In this document: positions 41,700 through 55,845 of the stretch, one piece after another
Layout of the letters: each line of letters begins with the position of its first letter
Position numbering within the stretch: the stretch's first letter is position 1
DNA from: Eledone cirrhosa
Lineage: Eukaryota
DNA length: 64,000 bases
Assembly: GCA_964016885.1 (NCBI GenBank)
Contig: OZ024753.1
Location: forward strand, 42,470,001-42,534,000
Direction: 5' to 3'
Program-made: the position numbers and the translations under genes
Notes under the pieces: model-generated
Database searches by the model: none
What the model saw: only the letters and a program-made list of their open reading frames with translations
What the model was told of the DNA's origin: nothing

Positions 41700-41892
41700 T
41701 GATTTAGGGTCAAGGTCAGCAATTTTTGGGGAGGGAAAAAATCGATTAAATCAACTCCAGTGTGTTACTGGTGCTTTATTTTATCGACCCCGTAAGGATG
41801 AAAGGCGAAATTAACCTCGGCGGGATTTGAATTCAGAACGTAAAGGGATGTAACTAATTACTGAAAAGCATGTTGTCCGACGCTCTACCGAT
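41700..41892 (-). mobile_element. SINE family 1
   Basis: Reverse complement match. Confidence 0.85.
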
Positions 41893-42056
41893 TAATGCCA
41901 ATCCACCGTCCTAATAATGGTGATGATGGTGACGACAATATAGGTGACGACAGTACTAATGAATTATGTTGAGTAGTGTGATGATTCTCCTGATTTGATG
42001 ACTGTAGTGTTGATGGGGAGGATGTTGGTGATAACTTACCATTCCTATTGACATAA

Positions 42057-42870
42057 TGGAGGTGGTGGTGGTGGTGGCGGCGGTGGGGGTAGTGGTAGTG
42101 GTGGCGGTGCTGGTGGTGGAGGGGGAGTGGTGGAAGTGGTGGTGATGGTGGTAATGTTGGAGTTGGTTGAGGTGGTGGTGGTGCTGGTGTTGAAGGTGGT
42201 TGAGGTGGTGGTGGTGCTGGTGTTGGAGGTGGTGGTGGTGGTGCTGGTGTTGAAGATGGTGGAGGTGGTGGTGTGGTGGTGGCGGTGTTGAAGGTGGTTG
42301 AGGTGGTGGTGGTGCTGGTGTTGGAGGTGGTGCTGGTGGCGGTGTTGAAGGTGGTGGTGGTGGTGGTGGTGCTGGTGTTGGAGGTGGTGGAGGTGGTGGT
42401 GGTGCTGGTGCTGGTGCTGAAGGTGGTGGAGGTGGTGGAGTGGTGGAAGTGGTGGTGGTGGCGGTGTTGGAGGTGGTTGAGGTGGTGGTGGCGGTGTTGA
42501 AGGTGGTGGTGGTGGTGGTGCTGGTGTTGGAGGTGGTGGAGGTGGTGGTGGTGCTGGTGGTGAAGGTGGTGGAGGTGGTGGAGTGGTGGAAGTGGTGGTG
42601 GTGGCGGTGTTGGAGGTGGTTGAGGTGGTGGTGCTGGTGGCGGTGTTGAAGGTGGTGGTGGTGGTGGTGGTGCTGGTGTTGGAGGTGGTGGAGGTGGTGG
42701 TGGTGCTGGTGGTGAAGGTGGTGGAGGTGGTGGAGTGGTGGAAGTGGCGGTGTTGGAGGTGGTTGAGGTGGTGGTGGTGGTGGCGGTGTTGAAGGTGGTG
42801 GAGGTGGTGGTGGCGGTGTTGAAGGTGGTGGAGGTGGTGGTGTTGAAGGTGGTGGAGGTGGTGTTGGTGT
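42057..42870. repeat. Degenerate (GGT)n with higher-order repeats
   Basis: Direct reading. Confidence 0.9.
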
Positions 42871-43156
42871 TACGACGGTGATAATTACGGAGGTTTTATT
42901 TAATATTTAGAATAAAATGTTGAAATGTTAACAAATGTTGATAGAAGCAAAAGAAAAAATAAACTTTTCCATTTTCACGTAACTACATTTTCGTAGACAC
43001 ACACACACACATACATATACACACACATGCATACATACATACACACATACACACACATACACATACACACACACATACACACACATACACATACACAAAT
43101 GCATACACACACACATACATACATACACACATACACACACACACACACATACACAC

Positions 43157-43191
<35 letters not shown>

Positions 43192-43361
43192 TACACACAT
43201 ACATACATACACACATACACACACATACACACACATACACACACACATACACACACATACACATACACACACACATACACACATACACACATACATACAT
43301 ACACACATACACACACACACACACACATACACACACATACACACACACATACACACATACA

Positions 43362-43392
<31 letters not shown>

Positions 43393-43439
43393 GACTTGGC
43401 AGTGATTAAAAAATGACCTCGGCATTCACTCCGGCTCCC

Positions 43440-43530
43440 TGCATCCTGAGTTCAAATCCCGCCGAGGTTAACTTTACCTTTCATTCTTTTGAGCTCAATA
43501 AATAACGTACCAGCCAAATACTGGGGTTGT
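43440..43530 (+). mobile_element. SINE family 1 fragment
   Basis: GAGTTCAAATCCCGCCGAGGTTAACTTT. Confidence 0.75.
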
Positions 43531-43541
43531 TTTTCTCATTT

Positions 43542-43580
<39 letters not shown>

Positions 43581-43589
43581 TCCCTCTCC

Positions 43590-43629
<40 letters not shown>

Positions 43630-43669
43630 GATATTAAATAAATGGAAACTATATTTATAAAACCATATT

Positions 43670-43735
43670 TATTTCGTTATATATATTTCAGGGATATCAT
43701 ATTAACAATATGTTATGCCTTCTTCAGACAAAATA
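43670..43735 (-). ncRNA. Type I hammerhead ribozyme (mirror copy)
   Basis: Exact reverse complement of 43864-43929. Confidence 0.75.
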
Positions 43736-43863
43736 CAATATAAACAGTCTTATAAATAAATAGATACGACATACCTTTCAATCACCTTGCATTTGGGAGG
43801 TTGATTTGGCAAGGTGATTGAAAGGTATGTCGTATCTATTTATTTATAAGACTGTTTATATTG

Positions 43864-43929
43864 TATTTTGTCTGAAGAAGGCATAACATATTGTTAATAT
43901 GATATCCCTGAAATATATATAACGAAATA
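43864..43929 (+). ncRNA. Type I hammerhead ribozyme with minimal stem III
   Basis: Stem I TATTTTGT/ACGAAATA; CTGAAGA 43872-78; stem II AGG..CCT; GAAA-T-ATAT-A-TA; predicted cut AUA after 43921. Confidence 0.8.
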
Positions 43930-44196
43930 AATATGGTTTTATAAATATAGTTTCCATTTATTTAATATCATAAATATACTCCAAATACTTGTTGAGTGCT
44001 TTTATATCAGTTATAAATATTTACTCGTTGTTAACCCAACAATTTAAATATAACTTTCCATATATATATATATATATATGTCTCTAAATATATATTGTAG
44101 TAAAAACTTGGTATAAAATATCCCTCTCTCTCTACTTTCTCTCTCTCTCCCCCTCTCTCTCTCCCCCTCTCTCTCTCCCTCACTCTCTCTCTCCCT

Positions 44197-44281
<85 letters not shown>

Positions 44282-44529
44282 GTTTTGCGAGGTGTTAATA
44301 TATATATATATATATACACATGATAAATGCGAAGACGAGCTATATATATTGTACCACAAGTTTGTGTACAACGCCCTCCTCTATCTTGCAAAAGACAGAA
44401 TGTGGGTCACGTGCTATTCTTAAAATACTTTTGCCAGCAGCCGCCATGTTGTAAACTGACTTTAAAAAAATCATGTTTGAAAGTATCACATATTTCATAG
44501 CAAAATAGAACAACCCTGGTTGTTGAATT

Positions 44530-44671
44530 GTAGTAATGGTAGTAGTAGTAGTAGTGGTAGTGGTGGTAGTGGTGGTAGTAGTTGTGGTGTTAGGGGTGGT
44601 GGTAGTATTAGTAGTAGTAGTAGTAGTGGTGGTAGTGGTGTTGGTAGTGGCAGTAGTAGTGGTGGTGGTAA

Positions 44672-44702
<31 letters not shown>

Positions 44703-44712
44703 GGTGTTAGTG

Positions 44713-44743
<31 letters not shown>

Positions 44744-44790
44744 CAGTGGTAGTAATGGTGGTAGTAGTAGTAGCAGTGGTGGTGGTGGCA
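44530..44790. repeat. (GTA/GTG)n trinucleotide repeat
   Basis: Direct reading. Confidence 0.9.
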
Positions 44791-44944
44791 GTTTTGGGGG
44801 AGGTGGAAAGTCCATTAAATCGACCCCAGTGCGTTACTGGTGTTTTATTTTATTCACCTCGTAAAGTTAACAGGAAGAAACGAATCGATCCTCGTACCGG
44901 GTGGGTACTTTATTTATCGACCTCAGAATGAAAGGAAAAATCGA

Positions 44945-45195
44945 GTTCGGTTCCCCGTGGTGCTTTGTGTCCTTCATCTAGACATTTTATCACATGTTGA
45001 TCTCGTCCACTCGACAGGAAGAAAACCTCCAGACGCACCTGTAATTCAAAGGGCTAGCTTTGTCATAAACTGTACAACGCTGTATCTCCCTGAGAACTAT
45101 GTTAAGGGTGCACGTGTCTGTGGAATGCTCAGGCTGTTCCGTTGATAACTCTCCTCTCCACCATCCACCGCCAAACCGGATCACTGGTCGTCCGA
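44945..45195 (+). mobile_element. SINE family 2
   Basis: GAGTTCGGTTCC B-box, body shared with 20460-20650. Confidence 0.7.
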
Positions 45196-45754
45196 CATAT
45201 TATCCTGGAGTAGTTATCATTAGTCAACTTTCCTCGATTGAATATAAAACTGTTTTGATAAACTGTCATCACATAGAAAATCCCAAACACGAAGATCATA
45301 TCTGGTCTCGTAAAATGGAGGTGAGAATTGTCTAGGGAGAACCTCTCATATCTTTACAATATAACTGAGAAAGCTGACAACCTCCTTCATATATTTTCAT
45401 GTCATTTCTTTTCAAATAAGACTCTTTAAATAATTCTCCAAGATTATATCAGAAGATATGCCTGTCAGTCTATGATGATTTGTAATTATAGCACATTTTT
45501 GTTGTTGATATAACCATGAGTGATAAGATTTTCTCCACAGTCATGGCGCCCTCCTCTCTCCTCACCCCCTCTCTCCTCTCCCCCTCTTTCTGTACTTGTT
45601 ATTCATCAATCAATCTGGTTGAAAACGAAGTATTTCTCTTATTTACATACCTATACAATTTGGTGCTATCTATTCTGTGTATTTTGTTTAGCTATGGAGA
45701 GATGTAAAAAAAAGTATAGTACGATATACTATATATATACTATATATATAGTAT

Positions 45755-45786
<32 letters not shown>

Positions 45787-45803
45787 CTATATATATATAT
45801 ATA

Positions 45804-45847
<44 letters not shown>

Positions 45848-46016
45848 TATATATATACTATATATATACACACACACACATATATATATACGATATATAT
45901 ATATACTATATATATATATATACACTATATATATATTATATATACTATATATATATAGCTTTATAGCTAAAAAAATGTATAGTATTACACACACTCTCAC
46001 ACAAACATTCATTAAG

Positions 46017-46049
<33 letters not shown>

Positions 46050-46173
46050 TCATTTTATTAAAGATATATAGTGAGTCTTGTTATTCTGGAGTTTCGCCTG
46101 TTTATCACAGGGTCATCATACTGAATACTCCGGTATTCAGTACTCTTTTCCCTCAGCCGTCAACCACACACGT

Positions 46174-46268
<95 letters not shown>

Positions 46269-46284
46269 TGTATATATATAATAA

Positions 46285-46378
46285 TAATTGTTTCTACATT
46301 AGGCACAAGGCCAGCAATTACCCAGTGTATTACTGGTACTTTATTTTATCGACCTCGTAAGGATGAAAAGCAAAGTTA
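46285..46378 (-). mobile_element. SINE family 1, 3' half
   Basis: Core and tail. Confidence 0.85.
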
Positions 46379-46436
46379 TCAGAAGATCGCGTTAAGGGTG
46401 AAAACAGCGATTATTTGCTTAAACTTTAATCTGTTA

Positions 46437-46524
<88 letters not shown>

Positions 46525-46527
<3 letters not shown>

Positions 46528-46893
46528 GATATTAATAAATGGAAACTATATTTATAAAACCATATTTATTTCATTATACATATTATAACAGTTTTATAAA
46601 TAAGCTTTGACGTACCCTATTAAAATGCGATGACTTCCAAAAACAATGGTTGCATTTTAATAGGGTACGTCAAAGCTTATTTGTAAAACTGTTATATATT
46701 GTATTTTGTCTGATGAAGGCATACCATAATTTAATTTGGTATCCCTGAAATATGTATAATGAAATAAATATGGTTTTGTAAATATAGTTTCCATTTATTA
46801 ATATCGTATATCTACTCCAAATACTTGTCGAGTGCTTTATATCAGTTATAAAATATTTACTTGTTGTATCCCAACAATTTTAAATAGAACTTT

Positions 46894-46896
<3 letters not shown>
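46525..46896 (+). mobile_element. Family F palindromic hammerhead element (second subfamily)
   Basis: Homologous to 43627-44060; left arm lacks the ribozyme core; different centre; (TA)n flanks. Confidence 0.9.
46702..46766 (+). ncRNA. Type I hammerhead ribozyme
   Basis: TATTTTGT/ATGAAATA; CTGATGA 46710-16; stem II AGG/CCT + ATACCA/TGGTAT; GAAA-T-ATGT-A-TA; predicted cut after 46758. Confidence 0.75.
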
Positions 46897-46946
<50 letters not shown>

Positions 46947-47042
46947 AAGATATATATTGAGTTAAGAACTGAAAATAGTCTCTTACAACAAAATAGCTCT
47001 AAGAAAGAGATATTTCTGAGCCGTATATTTCTTTTATATTCT

Positions 47043-47280
<238 letters not shown>

Positions 47281-47378
47281 CACGCAGTGTGTGTATGTAT
47301 GTGTGTATATTTCTCTCTCTTCCAACACGATACAGTTTTCAATACACATCTCCTTGTAGATAAAAGTAAACAAGAAAG

Positions 47379-47421
<43 letters not shown>

Positions 47422-47876
47422 ATATATATATATTTAATAATAATAATCATTTCTATTTTTAGTTGATAAGAACTGATTTTTGTTACTCTTGTGGATTTGA
47501 AAGGAATAAGGGTGTCTATGTTTCACCCCCCTCCCCATCTCCCGCATCCCAGATATTGTGCAACCATTTTTGGCAATGAGAACTATTCTATTGCATTGCT
47601 ACTCTCACTCTGTAGAACGACTCTAGAAATAGTCAACCTGCTTCACAGACTAAAAAAAACAAACAAACCCCAAACTATTCTTTTAATAGTTTTTCCCTTA
47701 AGGGATCGTGTATTTTAAAATGGGATTTAGACATATCGTATTTTTGTGTGTGTGTGTATATAAATCACACACGTTGAAATCTGCCGGTGTGTGTGTATAT
47801 ATGCACACACAAATATATGTGTGTGTATGTATGTATATATACATACATATATATAAATATATATATATATACATAC

Positions 47877-47962
<86 letters not shown>

Positions 47963-48060
47963 TATATATATATACACATACATAAATAAGACTGTTATTG
48001 CTCCAACCAGTCTTCTAACCTAAACTGAACGTTATGTGTGTGTGTGTGTGTATGTATATG

Positions 48061-48156
48061 TAACAAAGAATGGATCATAACGCACCAGAGTACTCAATAC
48101 TTAGGGTAGTAGAGTGGGTAATAGGAAAAGGGTCAGGGGTCCTAACTCTTTTCCTA
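48061..48156 (-). mobile_element. Family A element with collapsed palindrome
   Basis: Tail + GGAAAAGGGTCAGGGGTCCTAACTCTTTTCC. Confidence 0.8.
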
Positions 48157-48164
48157 TATATATA

Positions 48165-48345
48165 TGTTATCCTGGGTTCAATCGGGGAGTAACCACAGTA
48201 AGTAAGGAACTCAATACAAAGCAGAGTATATATATTTAATATAGAACAGCTTCTACAGGACTAGAACTGTTTCATTCGTGAGAAATCATCTGGAAGCTCC
48301 TGATGATTTCTCACGAATGAAACAGTTCTAGTCCTGTAGAAGCTT

Positions 48346-48350
<5 letters not shown>
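48165..48350 (-). mobile_element. Family B palindromic hammerhead element
   Basis: Reverse of 18248-18443; plus arm keeps CTGATGA..GAAACAG..CTGTA, minus arm core mutated to CAGATGA. Confidence 0.9.
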
Positions 48351-48380
<30 letters not shown>

Positions 48381-48805
48381 ACACGCCGCTGGGTATCGAA
48401 TACATGTCAATATGATCGCGAAATAAAGTGTCTTGCTGAAGGACACAAAACGCCTGTGGGAATTGAATCCACGTCCATACGATCTTGAGGGGAAACTGAG
48501 CCGAATACCTCTGTTGCCTCCCCCTAACCAATAAGCCACTCGTGTTCATCTGAAATATTTCCAACAGAAGCTAGAGAAGAAGCTACGATATAGCTATTGC
48601 TTCTTCTCTAATAGCCACATATCGCCATTGAGAAATTAAAAAAGCACAAACGCGCAACGAAACAAAGAGAAAGTGACTTTTGTGATTAAGAAAATCTTTT
48701 ATTGCCGCTCGGCTGGTTCATTATTTATGGAGCATTAATTTGATGTGAAGAAATAAATATTGACGGAGAGTTTAACACAGTTATTCATATGACGACACGA
48801 TATAT

Positions 48806-48882
<77 letters not shown>

Positions 48883-48891
48883 ATATATATG

Positions 48892-48928
<37 letters not shown>

Positions 48929-48937
48929 ATATATATG

Positions 48938-49054
<117 letters not shown>

Positions 49055-49897
49055 CGACGCCTGTCGAAATACTATCCGACCTCGTAGTGGGTTTAAGTGG
49101 TACTGTTAGTGGTGGTGGTGGTGGTGGTGATGTTGGTAGTTAATGGTGGTGGGAGTGGATTTGTGATGGTAGTAGTGGTGCTGGTGGCCTTTTGGTGTTG
49201 GTGGTGGTTGTGGTGGTGGTGGTGGTGCTCGTGGCCTCTTGGTGGTGGTGGTGGTGGTGGTGGTGGTCTTGGCTTTGTGGTTGTACTGGTGTAGAACTTC
49301 GTACTCGGGTTCAGTTACTAATCCCTCGGGTCCAAGCAGGCTTCTTGTGATTCTACACATTTTAGTCCAACGATCCTTGCACTGTCCGAAGCATTTCTTC
49401 TGCAATGGTTTCTTCCGGAATGGCTATCAGTCCCACCGTGGCAGTCCAAACGATGTCTTCTCCACTTTCAATTTGTCTACCGACTGATCACTGTGTGACA
49501 ACCACCTCCTCAACACAGGGGACGTCAAATGAATCACACGAATTGCTCAAGAGTGCATGCAATGTCACAGCCCCCTACCGTCATTACTTCCCACGATGAA
49601 AACCACTGAAGTCGGATAGTTTTTCTCGCTATCACCTGACTATAAAACAGCCATTGATATTGACAGGATATATATTATATTACATAATTATCTTCATTCT
49701 CTGTTTCATTCTATGACTTCAACGTACAATTGTCTTGTCACGCTTATATTACTTGCTTTGTACTGAAACAACAACACAGTAATAACCACAATTACCACAC
49801 TCACACACACATACATACACAAAGACATACACAGACACACACATACATACATATATATATACACACACACATATATATATACACATATATATATATA

Positions 49898-50086
49898 TAG
49901 GAAAAAGTATGACCGCCGACGGCAGAGCTCAAGCCGTTTCGACGGCTATTTCCAGAAATAGCCGTCGAAACGGCTTGAGCTCTGCCGTCGGGGTCATACT
50001 TTTTCCTATTACCCACTCTACTACCCTAAGTATTGAGTACTCTGGTGCGTTATGGTCCATCTGGTTCCTTACCACAATTCCTTCGT

Positions 50087-50088
<2 letters not shown>
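49898..50088 (+). mobile_element. Family A palindromic short element
   Basis: Same subfamily as 1108-1312, centre TTTCCAGAAA. Confidence 0.9.
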
Positions 50089-50158
<70 letters not shown>

Positions 50159-50624
50159 CAGATGGACACATACAGACACAGACGCGCATACAGATGCACA
50201 CACACACATACACACAAACATACAGACACGCACAGACACATACACAGAGAGACATACACAGACACACACACAGATACATATATATATATACACACTCACA
50301 CACACACACATATATATATATATACACACAGATGCACACACACACAGAGACACACTGACACACAAACATACAGACGCAGAGACACAGACACACAAAGTTA
50401 TACACACACACAGACATACACATACACAGACGCACACACAGGTACTCACACACATGCATATATATATATATACATACATATATATATATATATATGTATA
50501 TATATACTGTAGATGTATATAACAGGAGTGTACGTTCGTTGTGGTTGTGTATAAACCTTTGTATAGTTTTTCTCTGTGTATGCATCTGTACGAGTGCGAA
50601 TGTTCATCTGTTATAGTGTGTGCC

Positions 50625-50655
<31 letters not shown>

Positions 50656-51426
50656 CTGTGTGTGTCTGTGTGTGTCTGTGTGTACGTGCGTGTGTGTGCA
50701 TGTGTGTCTGTGTATGTGTGTGTGTGTTAGTGTATGTATGTGTGTGTGTGTGTCTGTGTGTGTGTGTGTGTGTCTGTGTATGTGTGTGTGTGTTAGTGTA
50801 TGTGCATGTGTGTGTGTGCGTGGGTCTGTGTATGTGTGTGTCTGTGTATGTGCGTGTGTGTGTGTGTGTTAGTGTATGTGTGTTTGTGTGTGTGTGCGTG
50901 TGTGCGCGCGTGTGTGTCTGTATGTGTGTATGTGTGTGTGTGCGCGTGTGTGTGTGCGTGTGCGTGTGCGTGTGTGTCTGTATGTGTGTGTGTGTGTGTG
51001 TGTCTGTGTGTGTGTGTGTAACGAGGTAGAGAATTACTCAACATTTGATGTCTGTTACGGTCCGGTTAGGTTTGTCGAGTTGAGGAAGATAGGTGGGTGA
51101 GGTTTGGCAGGAGTTATGGGTTCAGGTTGGCGTTCGGTTTACGGTGTTTGACGACTGATTGGAGCAATAATGGTCACATTTACCTATATATAGATATACA
51201 CACCTATATATATATATATACCCTGTTTCGCCGATACATACATATATACGTCTATCTACACGGTTTCTTTGTTCTGTGTTCAACAAGTCCCGTCTTGTTT
51301 TAAACACACACACACACACACACACCACACACACACATACATATATACCCCCCCCCCACACACTGTTTTTCATTCACATCGTTCATATTTTGTTCATAAA
51401 GTCGAGCCGTGCCATGAATAGTACAC

Positions 51427-52012
51427 ATCACACTTTTAAAACATGTATTATATACATATCACACTTTTAAAACATGTATTATATACATATCACACTTTTA
51501 AAACATGTATTATATACATATCACACGTTTAAAACATATATTGTATATATATCACACTTTTAAAACATATATTGTATATATATCACACTTTTAAAACATG
51601 TATTATATATATATCACACTTTTAAAACATATATTGTATATATATCACACTTTTAAAACATGTATTATATATATATCACACTTTTAAAACATATATTGTA
51701 TATATATCACACTTTTAAAACATATATTGTATATATATCACACTTTTAAAACATATATTGTATATATATCACACTTTTAAAACATGTATTATATATATAT
51801 CACACTTTTAAAACATATATTGTATATATATCACACTTTTAAAACATATATTGTATATATATCACACTTTTAAAACATATATTGTATATATATCACACTT
51901 TTAAAACATGTATTATATATATATCACACTTTTAAAACATATATTGTATATATATCACACTTTTAAAACATATATTGTATATATATCACACTTTTAAAAC
52001 ATGTATTATATA
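51427..52012. repeat. 31 bp minisatellite, about 19 copies
   Basis: ATCACACTTTTAAAACATATATTGTATATAT. Confidence 0.95.
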
Positions 52013-52024
52013 TGTATATACGTA

Positions 52025-52245
52025 TATTTTTAATTTCATTTGCACCGTTTCCTCTCACCCCCTTTTTGCTATATGTCTCTCCACCACTCCCCTACACACC
52101 CTTTGAACTCTCTTCCCACACACTTTTCACCTGAAGAAGGGCTTATGCCCGAAACGTCGTTCCCCACCACCACCCCACTCTCCAGAGCGTGAAATTAATA
52201 AACCTTTATTTGTACTGCCTCTCTGTTTTGTTCCTGTTCAATTTT

Positions 52246-52250
<5 letters not shown>
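52025..52250 (+). mobile_element. PLE pseudo-LTR-like element with minimal hammerhead motif (family J)
   Basis: CTGAAGA-AGGGCTTATGCCC-GAAACGTCG at 52131-52159, AATAAA at 52197, ends in (TA)n; stem I not well formed. Confidence 0.65.
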
Positions 52251-52290
<40 letters not shown>

Positions 52291-52741
52291 ACACACACAC
52301 ACATATATATCATGTATTTCTGTTGAAATTAGACTTCTGAATATTTATTAATTATATTAGGTATATTATTTATATTACGTAACTTTGCCTTTCATCCTTA
52401 CGGGGTGGATAAAATAAAGTACCAGTAATGTAACAGTAATGTACAAACAATTAATTATATTAGGTATAATTAAATAAATAAATAATGACCAACAGGAAAC
52501 GTTAAAATAACTGACCATCCTAGTATTGATTACATTCGACACTAGGGGGCGTTAGGTGGGTAAGTGAGTAGATGTGTTTGTAGGTGTGGGAATTTATGTG
52601 TAAGTACATGTTGGTGTAAGTGTGTATGAGTGTAAGTACATGTGTATGTATGTGTGTGAGTGCGTGTGTTTGTAAGTACATGTTTGAACCGTTCCTCACT
52701 GAGTCTAATAAACGAAAACCTCGCTTTGCTCTTCTTAATAA

Positions 52742-52776
<35 letters not shown>

Positions 52777-52817
52777 AGGATCGGAATTAAGAGTATTCCG
52801 CAGTTCACAGTAATAAT

Positions 52818-53003
52818 AATAATTGTTTCTACTTTAGGCACAAGGCCAGCAATTACCCAGTGCCTTACTGGTACTTTATTTTATCGACCTCGTAAGGATG
52901 AAAGGCAAAGTCAACCTCGGCGGGATTTGAACTCAGATCGTAAAGGGACGTAACTATGCTGGAAAGCATGGCGTCCGACCCTCTACCGATACTGCCAATC
53001 CAC
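52818..53003 (-). mobile_element. SINE family 1, full length
   Basis: Nearly identical to 16745-16932 reversed. Confidence 0.9.
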
Positions 53004-53276
53004 AATAATATTAGCTCAAAGAAGAATAGAGAATTTTCTTCTGAGCTCAAATGCAGATATATTACACAAAGAGAAGTGTGTTACACAGTGAGATGTGTGT
53101 AAAGAATTATTACAAATGAGTTTTACCGTTACTGTATAGAGAACAGTATCTACAGGTTAGCAATTAAATAGAAAAAAACTAAGTCAGAATCAAATCTCTG
53201 GAGTAGAGTTTTAAATTACCAACCTTAATTCTTTACACACATCTCACTGTGTAACACACTTCTCTTTGTGTAATAT
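53004..53276 (-). mobile_element. Family H inverted-arm element
   Basis: About 51 bp arms (53059-53109 / 53226-53276); tail hairpin AGCTC-AGAAGAA..TTCTTCT-TT-GAGCT on minus strand. Confidence 0.75.
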
Positions 53277-54070
53277 GTATATACATACGTGTGTGTGTGT
53301 GTCATCAATGCCATTTGCGGAGGAGACAAACAGCTGCTGTATTCACGTCAGCAAAGACAGGATGATTTACAAGAAATAAGGACATCAATAGTTCAATATC
53401 TTAGGGAAATCAATATTGGTGAGTTAGATAGAGAAAAATTGATTGAGTATCGAATAAAATGTCTTATATTATTTAGGTTCTTACGATCTCACATTCAAAT
53501 CTCACACTACATACCTAACTCGGTTAATTAAATAAATCTCTAAAATAGTGAAGGTTTTGTTTTCCAACGGGGCCCACTGGTTAGGTTGTTGGATTATTCA
53601 AGGAGCGACATGAAATGAAATATCTTGCTCAAGAACACAACGTGCCAACCGGTTCAAGTCCAAGTCCAGGAATAGAAACGAGGACTTTATGATGGTGAGG
53701 GTCTCGGTCCAGGAATAGAAACGAGGACTTCATGATGGTCAGTCCAACATCCCTAACAACAAGGTCACGTGTTTTCACTCATGGCTACCATAAGATTTAA
53801 AATTAGAATAACGATGTTAATTAATTAGTGTACTGTAATATCAGTACGGTTACTCTTCTTACGTCACTATGATTTATTCAGCGTTCGATTTTATTAATAA
53901 GAGATAGAATTATATTTCCTTTGTTATGTTAAAGCTGATTGAGCTTAGAAATAATAATTAAACCATCTCTTGTTAATTACGTAGATGTCATTTAACGAAT
54001 ATTAGCTCGGATTAATTTTGAACTAGAAAAAATGTTTTTTTTATAATTTCTCGTAGAATGTGTGTGACGC

Positions 54071-54129
<59 letters not shown>

Positions 54130-54390
54130 CATGTCCGAACATACAAGAACCAACCAAACTCCTAATGTCACTGTCCCTTCTCTCACTATTATGAGCAAAT
54201 GGGGGCCCACAATACTTTGTATTTCTATTTCTTGTACTCAGAACCGGCGTTAAAGTGCTCTAGACTAGCTAAAAAAACATTATTAAGCCTGTCCCTTGTA
54301 TTTCTACTTCATAGTCCACAACACTCACCCTGTCCAAATCATGTGGCAGGTCATAACACCATCCAGCCCTCTCTAGGAACTAGTACAGGG

Positions 54391-54419
<29 letters not shown>

Positions 54420-54421
<2 letters not shown>

Positions 54422-54620
54422 TCAAATCCATATTTAATAAAAACGCCATGTTTTTTTTATTCATTCTGACGACTGAAGACAGATACAACATCTGTCTTCA
54501 AGAAACCACTGGTAAATGAAATAATTATCTTATGTTGTTTATTACATAACTAATAAGCTCTGTAGCCTACATAGAGCATTCTTTTTTCCTGTACCTTTCC
54601 GACGGAAATACTTCACTTAT
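54420..54620 (+). mobile_element. Family M hammerhead element between (TA)n tracts
   Basis: Hammerhead followed by GCTC-TGTA-GCC-TACA-TA-GAGC hairpin (54557-54577) and about 42 nt tail. Confidence 0.75.
54460..54520 (+). ncRNA. Type I hammerhead ribozyme
   Basis: Stem I TTCATT/AATGAA; CTGACGA 54466-72; perfect 11 bp stem II TGAAGACAGAT/ATCTGTCTTCA; GAAA; stem III ACC/GGT; predicted cut GUA after 54514. Confidence 0.8.
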
Positions 54621-54956
54621 ATATATATATATATATCCTATTTCAAATATATGTTCATTAGTTTCAAAAATATTGCCTTTTGAAATCGGATAATTCTTTC
54701 TGATACAGCCTCTCTATACAATTTGATTTATAGAAATTTATATAAAACTGTGATCCTTTTAAGGTTCAGTAAAGCGTCACTCCCATCTGAGGTCTGCGCC
54801 CTTATGTGACTGTGGCGGCCTAGTTTGTCTCAATGGTAGCACCAAACCTGTTTGGTATTAAAAGAATACTAAATAAGAAATGACAAGTAATTAGAAATGA
54901 AATGTAAACCATTACCAGTACTTCAGTGAGTAAAAATATAAAGAACCTGGTGGGTT

Positions 54957-55845
<889 letters not shown>

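Larger units (their letters stand above)
43627..44060 (+). mobile_element. Family F palindromic hammerhead element
   Basis: 164 bp apparently perfect arms (43627-43790 / 43809-43972), 18 bp spacer, about 88 bp tail, (TA)n flanks. Confidence 0.9.
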
